Shown: positions 1-11,485 of the stretch, piece after piece
How the letters are laid out: each line of letters opens with the position of its first letter
How positions within the stretch are numbered: position 1 is the stretch's first letter
NCBI GenBank assembly: GCA_047495785.1
Contig: JBLDXI010000034.1
Coordinates: forward strand, 310,001 to 374,000
Source: Lepidodermella squamata
Taxonomy: Eukaryota > Animalia > Gastrotricha
Length of the DNA: 64,000 nucleotides
Direction of reading: 5' to 3'
Notes under the pieces: generated by a model
What the model was told of the DNA's origin: nothing
Database searches by the model: none
Seen by the model: only the letters and a program-made list of their open reading frames with translations
Position numbers and translations under genes: made by a program

Positions 1-240
1 GTCAGACCGGCACCGGTTCCGGAAACCCCGGTTCCAGTCAGACCGGCACCGGTTCCGGAAACCCCGGTTCCAGTCAGACCGGCACCGGTTCCGGAAACCC
101 CGGTTCCAGTCAGACCGGCACCGGTTCCGGAAACCCCGGTTCCAGTCAGACCGGCACCGGTTCCGGAAACCCCGGTTCCAGTCAGACCGGTACCAGAAAC
201 CCCGGTTCCAGTCAGACCGGTACCAGAAACCCCGGTTCCA
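1..240 (+). repeat. Coding tandem repeat: 5 x 36 bp then 2 x 30 bp
   Basis: gtcagaccggcaccggttccggaaaccccggttcca repeated exactly from 1 to 180, then gtcagaccggtaccagaaaccccggttcca twice. Confidence 0.95.
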
Positions 241-1257
241 GTTAGACCGGTTCCAGCGGAACCGCCAGTTTTTGTCCCGGTCAGACCAGTTCCGGATCCT
301 CAATTACCCGAATGGCCGGTTCCTGAGTGGCCTTCACCAGTTAGACCGCCAGTGGATCCTCCAGCCCCAGTCAGACCAGTCATAGGTAAGATTCGGCAAG
401 CTCAAATTAAATAACTAATTTTTTAATTTTTTTTTAATTGTAATTATTTTATTTTCTCAACAGTACTAGACCCGGAGCCGATTTCTGGTTCGATCCCAGT
501 ACCAATCCGACCGCAGCCTGGTAATGAAAGAAAATTTATTAAATTGGAAAAAATACGATTAAAATTGTTAATATATTTATTTTAACTGATTAATTCAATT
601 TTAATAGAAATTCCAACTGTTCCAATTCGTCCGCCGATTCCTGTACCAGCCGAGCCCCAACCTGTCCCACCTAAACCCGAAATCGGTATGTCCTACTTTT
701 TTTTAGAAAATTATGTTACAATACCATTGAATTTAGAATTTCAATTCCCGGGAGAACAGGGTGGCCAAATCTGGTACATGTTCGACAGGCCCGAAGTTTC
801 GGCGACAGATTTCCGACCGATTCAAACTTTCAATCCGAGACCGACCGGAATTTTCGATCGCCCGGTTCCAGTGCCAGAGTCACCCTGGTCCCAGCAGCCG
901 AGCCCTGTTTGGCAACCCCATCAATGGGAGCCAGCTCCGCGCCCAACGATCACCCACATCCCGATCCCAGGGCCCCCGGGTCCTCCGGGCAAGCAAGGCC
1001 CGCCCGGTAAACCGGGTCGGCTCACCGAGAAGCACCTCGACTACCTCGCTGAGAAGGTGTTTGAAATGTTCAGCAGCGATGATGATGACGATGATGAGGA
1101 TGAGTCGAGCGAGGAGGAAGAAAAACCTCGTCGTCACCGCAATCGAAAATCAAGGAAGCACCGAAAACGGCGAGAGGAGTCGAGTGATGAAGAGGAAAAT
1201 CGCCGTCGTCATCAACGCAATCGAAAATCGAGAAAGCACCAGAAATTGCGCCATTGA
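1..1257 (+). CDS. 5'-truncated Pro/Val-rich protein with short collagen segment and acidic/basic tail (exons ~1-385, 463-520, 608-685, 737-1257)
   Basis: Frame +1 encodes (VRPAPVPETPVP)n. GT-AG introns join it to the 688-1257 ORF, which has [17 protein letters not shown], then LTEKHLDYLAEKVFEMF, poly-D/E and a duplicated R/K/H-rich block. AATAAA at 1317. Confidence 0.8.
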
Positions 1258-1357
1258 AGAAAATAACTGACAACGTTGAATTATTTAAATAATTATTTAT
1301 TTTGCGAATTTATGGAAATAAAATGTTTATTTGAAATTTTCGATTTTTTTAGGAAAA

Positions 1358-4300
1358 ATGAGTGATTTTTTTATTTCGCTCATTTTTTACGGTATTATTT
1401 TGATTTATTCAACAACATGCGAGGCGCCGAATGAAATTCTTATTGGTTGGTTCGTTAGATTTAAATTTTTCAATTTTAAATTTTTCAAATTCTTTTCAAT
1501 TTCAGGGAAAATCGAGAATGAGACTAGCACTGATTTCTTTGGCCTGGGACCTGAGGATAAGAATTTAGGCACTTTAAAATTTCTAATCATTTTCGACTTC
1601 TCAAAATTGGAAAATTGAAATTTTTAATAAATTTATTTATTCAATTTCACACAGAAATTTTCGAAATTTTAAATTTCAAAGTCCTAAAAATTCCCAATTC
1701 TCCCAAAAATTATATTTTTAACATTTATCGTTATTTTTTTTAATTTCAGGGAGAATCGATAACGAGACTAGCGTTGATTTCTTTGGCCTTGGACCTGAGG
1801 ATAAATCGCTGCTGACCAAATTATTGAGACCTGTGAGTTCGCGACGGAAACAGCCGCGAAAAACGCACCATAAACATCATAAACATCGCGATATGCCGCC
1901 AGGTAACTTAGCTTGGCCTTGTAAATTTTCGAATTTTATTCAAATTTCTTACCAGGTTACCAAGCAGCAGGCACCAACGGAATGCCGCGCAAAACAGGTG
2001 AGCTTTTAAAATTAAAATTAAAATTTCTTATTTCAAGTTATTTATTCTCAAAAAGGGCTCGAATATTTTTGAAATTTATTTCACATTTATGCAGGCTACC
2101 CAGGTATTATTGGGATGCCGGGAAAAACAGGTAAGATTTTAAAATGAAATTATTCTTATTTTATTTCATTGTTATTCTCAAACAGGGCCGCTAGGTAATT
2201 TTTCTGATTTTGTGGAAGCTTTTTTAATAATTAATATTTAGGGTTACCTGGTTGCGACGGACGCACCGGTCCACCGGGGTCAAGAGGTCATTTTCATTTT
2301 TGCGAACCAAATTGATTATAGGTTTGAATTTCAGGTCGTGATGGCGTTCCTGGTGCTGACGGAACGCCCGGGAAGCCAGGGAAACCTGGTCAACCAGGAG
2401 CTGATGGGTTACCGGGACCCATGGGTTCCAGGGGTGCCACCGGGCCCCCAGGTGAGCAGGGACATGTCGGCGAAACAGGTTAATTTCAAATCGAAGCTCC
2501 TGAAATTAAAAAAAATTGAGTAGGCCAACCTGGTATCCAGGGACCACCGGGCGCTCCGGGTCCTAAGGGCGACATGGGTCACCCGGGTGCTGACGGTCAA
2601 ACTGGCGCTCAAGGTATTATTGCTTTTTTACGATTTATTGGTTGACGCGATGATTCTTAGGTCGAACTGGCCAATCGGGGTTGAATGGGCTCCCTGGCCA
2701 AGACGGTAGACCGGGTCATGACGGCAAACCCGGGAGAAATGGTGTTGATGGGAGCCCAGGGTCACCCGGGCGCCCTGGACAACCTGGCTCCCATGGCCAG
2801 ACAGGTGATCAAGGCGAGAAGGGAAATGAAGGCGAACCAGGTCGCGATGGCTCACCCGGTCGGAAGGGTGACATGGGTCATCCGGGAGCATCGGGCAACA
2901 ACGGGTCACCTGGAATCCCCGGTAGCCCTGGTGAAAAAGGTTAGAAAAACTTTTGCGACTCATCAAACATTTTTAAAGTTCATTTTTTTAAAGGAAGAGA
3001 CGGCCTGAAAGGTGATCGAGGCCCAAAGGGGCCCTCGGGTGAGACTGGCCCTGCCGGTATGCAAGGCATGCCTGGACCTCATGGGAAAAACGGCTGTATT
3101 GGTAGTTAATTGAGAAATTAATTCCACTTTGATTCTTGGTTTTTCAAAGGATCACCTGGTCACCCGGGTGCAACGGGACCCACGGGTAATCTGTCATTTT
3201 TTTTTTAATTTGATCATCCTAACTTTTTGATGTCCAGGAATGGCCGGCCAGCGTGGTAAAAACGGAGAACCCGGCCCGCCGGGTACGAAGGGTGATTCAG
3301 GGTTCCCTGGTCGACCCGGCATCAAAGGCGACCATGGAGAAAAGGGTGACTTGAGTAATTTGAGGAATGAATCGCCGTCTATTCTTTCCAGTTTAGGTTC
3401 CGAAGGCGCAGCTGGAAAACCCGGAGTAGATGGAAAAGCTGGCACAACGGGAGACAAGGGCCGCATGGGTGCTCCGGGTGCTCGAGGCTCCAAAGGTATG
3501 GATATTTTTTCAACTAAATTCGTTTTTCTCCCCTTCTTATCTTCATTCTTAGGTCACCCTGGTACAACTGGTATGGACGGTCACAAAGGAGCTCCAGGTC
3601 CCTTTGGGCCCACTGGACACCAGGGTTATTTTTTCATATGGTGCAAAGAATTGTTTCCTAGTCTTTTGTTTTAGGGATACAAGGCTCCATGGGACACCCC
3701 GGCGCCCCAGGTGCTAAGGGTGATCATGGTGACACTGGACCGCAGGGTCCTACGGGTCACAATGGATGTCCTGGTATAAGCAGTTAAATGGCTTTAAATG
3801 ACATTTGAATCTAATTGATTTGCTAATTAGGGCAGCCTGGGTTACAAGGGTTACCTGGTCCAACTGGCGCCACAGGCAGGCATGGCGATAAAGGTGACGC
3901 TGGAGAACCTGGTAAGACATTTGCCGTCTTGCTGAGGGAATCCTCATCATATCACTAGATTTCGATCCTTATAGGCAATCAAGGGTCAATCGGACAGACT
4001 GGTCAGTCGGGAGCTAAAGGCGACTATGGCGAGCCAGGTCACCCGGGTAAAAAGGGTGATCAAGGTGCGTGAAGGGTGAAATTATTTTTATCCTGTGTCA
4101 ACATTTATTTCAAACAGGTCACCCTGGTCGAGATGGCGAAAATGGGTTTCCAGGTCAATCCGGCCTTAACGGTTGGAATATTTTTTTGAGAAATCTGAAT
4201 ACGTTTTTCATTTTCCCTATAGGTCGCCCAGGTCAACCAGGTGCTAAGGGTGACAAAGGCAAAAAGGGCCGCAAGGGTAAGCAAGGGTTGGATGGAAAGC

Positions 4301-5199
4301 CCGGGCCGATGGGTTCGATAGGACTGCCGGGACCTGAAGGTCAAACTGGTCCGAAAGGGTCGACAGGTCCCAGAGGTCCCGGAGGTAGACGTGGGAAAAC
4401 GGGGCCAACCGGAGACACCGGGGAGCCAGGTCCACCTGGAAAAGATGGAGCTACAGGTAATGAATTTTTTTCCTCTTGAGAATTCAGGTTTTTTAATTTA
4501 ATTCGATAGGACTCAGAGGACATCATGGTCGCAAGGGTGATCGTGGCTCTGATGGTCACCCTGGGTTGCAGGGTTCTAAGGGTGATCGAGGTAAGCACCC
4601 TTTGTTTAGGGTTTAGGGTTTACCGATTATTTAAATTATTTCAAAGGGAATACTGGGTTGACCGGGCCAGCTGGCAAAAATGGTTGGCCGGGTGTCGATG
4701 GTCTTCCGGGTGTTACGGGTGCTAAGGGTGTCAAGGGTAAAAATGGTCAACCTGGTCGCGATGGCCTCCCTGGATACAAAGGTATTTATACCAATATTCT
4801 GGATTTCCGTTGTTATAATCGATTTAAAAAGGTGAGCCTGGTTTGCCTGGTTACGGATTCCCCGGCGCCCCGGGTGTCGGCATTCGAGGGCCCCGAGGCC
4901 ACAGGGGCAGAGATGGCCGGCCTGGTAAACGAGGCCGAACCGGCCCTCCGGGTCCGCCTGGCAAAGTCAGCATGAAAGATTTCCGAATAATGCTGCAAAT
5001 GTTCCTACGCGAAATTCGAGGGAACGCTGATCAGCCGCCGCCGTACCAACCTCAGCCGGGCCCATTTTGGCAATTTGAAGAGAGCTACGCGCAATGGCCG
5101 AAAAATAGCGGCGAATCGGCGGAAAATTCGGCCAGTTGCGAATCTCACGAAGTCAGAAAATCACACGTCAGAGATTTTGCAAGGAAAAAATTCCGATGA
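1358..5199 (+). CDS. Secreted collagen with many short phase-1 Gly-X-Y exons and a short C-terminal non-collagenous domain
   Basis: Signal peptide [23 protein letters not shown], a His/Lys-rich N-terminal stretch and continuous Gly-X-Y exons split G|GN by ~50-60 nt introns. Ends [27 protein letters not shown]...; AATAAA at ~5276. Confidence 0.9.
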
Positions 5200-5296
5200 C
5201 CTGAATGTTTTTGAATTATTTTTGGCACAAATTAAATAATTATATTTACACCGTTAAAATATTTCAAAAAATGCCAATAAATGTATGAAATCGATT

Positions 5297-8200
5297 TTAT
5301 TGAGCGTTTGAATCATCATTGGAATCTGAAAGATCCACCACAGAGGAGTTCGGCATTTCTACGGATTCCATTTCTTGTCGTTTCGAGAATGATGAGAAGA
5401 AATCGAGGGGCTTTTCGAAGGTAGGTTTTCCGCGCACTGAAACAACCATTGCGATCGTGACAAACTGGAGTTGATATCTAGATAAATAGATTAAATAATC
5501 AAAATTACCTTAAAAAATTTCCGTAAATTCCAAAAACAGGTAGAAATAATTCGAAATTATGAAAAATCGAGATAATTCAATCGGATTTTTTTTACGGAAA
5601 ATCTTACTCTGTGCCTTGAGATCCAGTGCCGAAAGTTCGCCTGCCAACGACGTGACCAATCCTGATATTTTTAACATCATTCAGAAAAGCGACTTTCCCC
5701 TGAAGTTGATTAACGTTCCCCTTCGCTGCATTGGCTTCAAAAGCCGCCAGACGTTCACCAGTATAGACCTCTTCATCCTCATCATCGGAAATTGGCGGAG
5801 ATTCAACGTCACGACCTGGTTTTTTCTTACGCTTCGATGAATCATTCTCGCTTTCTGAACCTTTATCACTATTCTCAGCGTCTTCATCGAATTGCTCCCG
5901 CAAGAAATCAGAATTGCTAGCGATTACCCGACGCGTGTAATTAAGGCGAGGAAAGGTCGACCGTTCCGGATCATAAACTTCAACCTGAAAAAAATCGAAT
6001 GCAAAAAATGAAAATTCCTCCTTAAAAATTATTTTGAAATAAAAATTTGACAATTCCTTCAACTCAAAATGATTCTACATCTTGCTTTGATCATCAATTT
6101 CATCGATTTTTTGCTGGCTTCCAATGAAGTAGTTTTCACTGGGGTGTTGGGCCAAGTCGATTTTACTAGTCTCCCCAACAACGAACGACTTTTTGTTACG
6201 GAACGGCCTGAAAATGAAAACTTCACTCTAGGTGCAATGAGTGGCCTTCAGACGCTTGCCTTCTTCCTAGACAAAGGCATAGCTTCGGGCATCAACACGA
6301 ACTTCACGATTCTGGTCGATATGACAATCGACGTTGTGAAGCGAGCGACAAGCGAACATCTTGGTCACCACAAATCATCGTATGTCATCAAGCCATCAGC
6401 AATTGTCGTGAGTTTCAGCCGGGGGATGTTCGCACAAGCGATAGAGGACAAGGATTGTCGAAGGGAAAACACGGTAGTTGGCGAGGCTACTGGGACAGCT
6501 GCTGAAATGTGGACTTTAGACCCTACAACAACCGGGGCGATTCTTTTGGCTGTGCCAAGCGCTGATCCTTACTACAACGAGCGATCTCTGTTATGGCCTA
6601 TCATTCTTCTGGCTGATAAGGGCGCTACTCTCCCGCTTCGTTGTGTTCGAGAGTCTTGGAAATGTAAAACGGATGTTTTGGGGGATTCCGGTGCGAAGAA
6701 GTCAGTTATTGCCGTCACTTCGCAGTTGAGGATTCGTTTGTCGGGGCCGGATTCGCAGCGAATTCGAGTTTTGGCTCATGCTGACAATCCTGATCGGGTT
6801 AGTAAGGTGTACGCAGCGATGGAAAAGCTGGCTGTTACTGAAGTCAACACGCAAGTGGCAGTTGACCAGCCTAAGTGCTTGAATCACGGCCAGGTATAGA
6901 TTTTCTTTCAAGTTTCCGGATTGTTTTCGGACAAAGGACGCAATGGTGTCCATGTAAATGTTTGCATACTTTCAGATAAGATGCAGTTACTCTTTCAACG
7001 TCAACCCACTTCGAAAAATCGGCCAATTCGCCTGCCAATTCAACAAACCAGGCCATTCAAACTTGTGGTGGCTCTGCAACGACTTCGGCCTTTACCCATC
7101 CCAGTACACTAACCAGATCACCGACGGCCGAATAATCGTCGCAATCTACGGCGATCCGCCCTACTACGAAGAAGAATGCATCGGCGTTTCGTCAAACTGG
7201 CTGCATTACAACGCATCGAGCGACCAGTTCTCCCAAGTTCCGACTAAGCACCTGAAGCATTCGCTAAATTCAGTGCAAATTACGCTAACAACAAGCAGTG
7301 ATATGTACAACGCTTATCGCTGTGTTGTGAAGACCAGGCAAACCACGGTTACGTTGAGGGAGTTCTACTACAACGCTGCGTCTCGATACGTATCAAAGTG
7401 CGAATTCCAATCGTCGGGTGTTTCTAGCTCGTCAAAGTCAGTAGCTAGTTCTGTTGAGGTAACTGGAGGTGAGAGTGCCCTTATCTATAGCACAAAATGC
7501 CAGCTAACGAAATCAGCCTCCCGTTTGAACCCATCAGTCCGAGCTTTTGCGTATCTTTCGAACGAAACAGAAAATGAATTCACCTTTCGATCGGAACCAA
7601 TCATTGAAGCTAACATGACAATCATACCAGGCGTTGATATGGAATTGGAAATTGGTATCTATTTCGACTCAAGTCAAGCTTTACTTGACCTAGCTCGAGA
7701 GAAACGAAGCCCGGTTCAGGCAGGTGGCCAACTTCAATATGGACCTATGAATATGATTGCGGAGATCTGGCTCCTTCTCGAAGGTGTTAGTGAAGTTCAC
7801 TTGAGGGTCCTAACACTTCCTATCACTTTTTATATCCCTGCAAATAGAGCTTTAGATCTAGAAGACTCGTCCAACTAGGATTGAATAAAGATGCACTTAC
7901 TTGAACGTAGACTGAAACGTTCGATTGAATCGACTCTTTGAAATACGTTTCAGCACTTCGTTTTGCGTGGTTGTCCTTCCCAAGGCCTTCGATAGTCACG
8001 AGGACAGGTACCAGGTCTACCTTGTAATTATTCACGGTCTTCAAAGCTGTCCATAAGCTTCGATCGATGCCCTTTAGAGAAAACGGGTCTATTTTAAGGC
8101 TGGGCATTGGATATCGATTTTGCACGAAGATTCCACAGCTTTTCTCATCCCAGCGAGACATTTTGAACAGTTGGCTAAAACCTGCTGTGATTTTCCTTTC

Positions 8201-10247
8201 GAATTCAATCAAACTTTTCTCGGTTGTTTTCAATTTTTCGACAACGTCCTTTGCTTCAGTGTCGATGAAAAGGTCGTAAACGAGTACGAGAAGAGCTCCG
8301 TCCAAAACTCGAGAAAACTCGTGTGGCCGATCGGCATAACAACAGAAAAACTGACATCTGGAAGTGCAAATGGGAAATATTCAAATAATATGGGAAAAAT
8401 CAGAAGATTAAATTGGACTTCTAAAATTCTTTTTAAATTTTAAAATTTCGCAAAATATTAAAAAGAAAAATACCTAAAATTATTTTGAAATATTTTCGAA
8501 ATTTTTAAAATTGATAAATGAAAGAATAATTATTTTTTGGAAATTAGCATTTTACCCAATTTCTCGAATTTCAATCACGCTCAATGTTCAATATCTGAAA
8601 TGTTTCGAAAATTTTGAATTTATACCTTCCAACATCTTCCGGAACTCCAATAGGTTCGAAGGACTGGCTTACTTTCCCGTAATGAGCCGTAAATTTCGCG
8701 CCGACAAAATCGCTCGGCAGAACTACGTACATGTAAGCAAACGGCTTCAGCCCAATAATTTGAGCCGGATTCTCCGAGTTGGAATGTTCTTCAATTTTCT
8801 CCGGGTGTTTGAAACCACTGCCAAACTGCAAGGCGATCATCCTATTAAGGCGGGCGGACATTTTCGGCGAAAATGGCGCCAAGACGCCACGGATTGAATC
8901 TAAGAGTCGACTTTTCGATGAATCACTTATCAGTTCTAACCAGCTTGTTGACTGAATTTCAAGCTGGGTTTTTGTGAAAAATACATTTTGACGGGAAAGG
9001 CCAAAAAGGAATGAAATAAACCAACCTTATCAATTGGAATATACCACGAATAGTTGAGTTCGTGATTCAGAACATTGATTTGATGGCCCATTTGAGGTTT
9101 AGCATTTAGGCCTGACGATATCGGAATATGCTAAAATTAAAAATTTGAAACAATTTTGGCGAAATTTAACTTTCGAAATGAAAATGAACGATCGCGATTT
9201 TTTTAGTAATTTATTTTGATTTTAGATAATTAATAAAAAAATATCCGGAAATTGAATCGGTAGTTTTGGCCATCGTATAATTAAAATTTGGTTAATTTAA
9301 ATTTAAATTTGACCTTGAAATTTTTTTAATTTTTTATTTCAATTTTCAAAATTTAAATCAAATTCAGAATTAAAAAAATATTAAAATTATTAGTTCAAAC
9401 CTCTGACAATGGATTAGTACATTTCCCAGATGTTTGGATTGCTTTTTTCACCGAAGCCGAGTCGCATGGGTACCTGAGACGTACTGGCGGCTGGGAGGTT
9501 GCCTCAGAACCAGCAGCTACCTCATCCTTACTGGCCGCAATCAAAATCGCCGGCGTAGAATCGATAACTCCCGAACATCGCAAATCGAATTCCGGCACTT
9601 CGCCAGTGTTCGCTGATTTTCGATTTCGAACTAGAAATTCGTTCAATTCATGGATCAGTTCCTTCTCAAGGCAAGCTATTTTTGACATGTTTCTTATTCG
9701 GATTCGTTTCTTAGCAGGACTGACAACGGCCTCTTCCGGAACTGGATCTGGTTGTTTTTCAGCCGCATAATTGTGAATTATTTGCTCGGGATTCTGCTCA
9801 CTGCTTGTCGATGGCTGGTTGATGGAGACAACATTGGGCCCTACGACGGGTCTATTGGCAAATTTTCCCAAAAAATGTTGATGAAGAGTTCGAACTAAAT
9901 CAACTGAAATAAAAAATTAATTTCATAATTTTAAAATTTATTTGGATTATTCTCAAATTTTCATTAAGTCCACCTTAATTTTTTTAATATTTTACTTGAA
10001 ATTTTGAGAATTCTTCGAGTGATTTTGTATGAATTCAGCATCGAATTTCGCCCGATTGAACTGAAAAATTATGTTTACCTCTGTACAGTGAAGTTTTCAG
10101 GCGCTGTCGTTTGGCTTCACTTACGAGGTCTTCTTTCTTGAAGAATTGAAAGGCGAACTTTCTATTGCCGCATTTCAGCCACGCGCTTTCGATTCGGCTG
10201 AGATTTTTGCGGTGAATGGGGCCAACACCCCGATAATGAGTTGTCAT
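5297..10247 (-). CDS. 2OG-Fe(II) oxygenase-like (prolyl-4-hydroxylase-like DSBH) protein with NLS-like motifs; 7 exons
   Basis: Exons ~10247-10079, 9903-9401, 9131-9027, 8964-8626, 8357-7901, 5984-5608 and 5477-5297 splice in frame. Motifs WYIPIDKLEIQSTSW, VVLPSDFVGAKF, YADRPHEFSRVLDGALLVLVYDL and NRYP..L....LKGID resemble a microbial-type 2OG-Fe(II) oxygenase family. Recognised by eye, not searched. Confidence 0.7.
6069..7878 (+). CDS. Nested antisense gene, ~575-aa secreted protein of unknown function (exons 6069-6893, 6976-7878)
   Basis: Signal-like N-terminus MILHLALIINFIDFLLAS. A phase-0 GT-AG intron joins two long ORFs; several N-x-S/T sites; AATAAA at 7884. Lies entirely in host intron 5985-7900. 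Confidence 0.75.
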
Positions 10248-11485
10248 GATTTATCCGAAATTAATCGCAATTAACGGCAAATAACCTAAAATATCAAAAC
10301 AAAGCAAAATGATGGGAAGTTGCTAGAAAATGCTGAGGATTTTTGATATAAGCTCAGAATTCAAGTGTTAGCATAAAATGGGGCACCAGTCGTTTCTTTG
10401 TGCAAGATGTTGCCCACGTAAGCAATAAAACCGGCCACCACACAACGCTAGTTGGCAATAAAAAAGAATGAATGACCTGACCCAATTGTGGTGACCCAGT
10501 TCACTATCACAATCACAATGGCGATTGTTTAGGCATATTTTTCGTTATAAACCGAACAATTTTTAAATTTTTGAAAAATGAAGGGGAAAATGAACCCGGT
10601 GTTATTAAAGCGGCGATCTTGAATGCAAAATAATATGGGAATTATTTTCCATTAACTTGGAATTTCTAAGAAAATAAAAAACCTAAAACTGAAATAACAC
10701 TTGATTCCCAACTTTTCTGTTATTTCGAAATTTTTTTATTCGCGAGGCCGCTGAATGTAAAAATAACCGCTAGAAATTACAGAAAGTGATTTTACACAAA
10801 AATCAGGGAATAATCGAGCAAGAGACGGGTTTTTCTTAATTTGTTTTTTTAATTCAAATGTTAAATTCCATTTCGCTTCTCCGACAAGTCGACCCTTTTC
10901 ACCTTTCACCTTTGTGCGCAATAAAAATGAATGACCTGACCCAATTGCGTTCACAATCATATTATAAAATAGGGCTATAATATCTGTCATGAATGTTTCA
11001 TCGTAATTTACCGACAAATTTGAAAATACCTAATATTTGAAAATATTTTTATAAAAATAGTCGAAAATCACTATATTTTAAATTCCTCGTCTAATGATTA
11101 ATTTATGCTCAATTTCTAAAAAACTAAAAATATATTACCTATAACACAAAAAATATCTTCGAAAATTCCCAAATCACTAATTTTTTTACTTAGATTTTTC
11201 ACGCTCAGGCATTCCGAGAATAGACGCATCATTTTATTCATTTTTATACTAATAATGATATAAGCATGTGGACGACGGAAAAACGGACGAGATCGTCAAT
11301 TCGAATATTTTCAACTTCGTTTTTAATTCATCAATGATGCGATTGAATTTTCATTTCGAAGGCGTCGTCGATAAGTCGCGATTGATAAATGCTAATTCTA
11401 ATTGCGTTAAACGATGAAATTTTCAAAAAACAAACTCAATCATCATTTGAATTATAAAATAATTTATCTTCAAAACTGACTCGTC

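Noticed and set aside
1-240. 36-bp direct repeats resembling a CRISPR repeat length
   Set aside because: Head-to-tail with no spacers, in-frame coding, eukaryotic context and no cas genes.
5297-10247. Oxygenase-like gene as the prolyl hydroxylase for the flanking collagens
   Set aside because: No signal peptide, NLS-like motifs, altered active site, and the adjacent large collagen has almost no Pro.
10440-11235. Possible small minus-strand gene (93-aa ORF at 10736-11017) with a duplicated atgaatgacctgacccaattg block
   Set aside because: No consistent exon chain or recognisable product; could be a relic or UTR.
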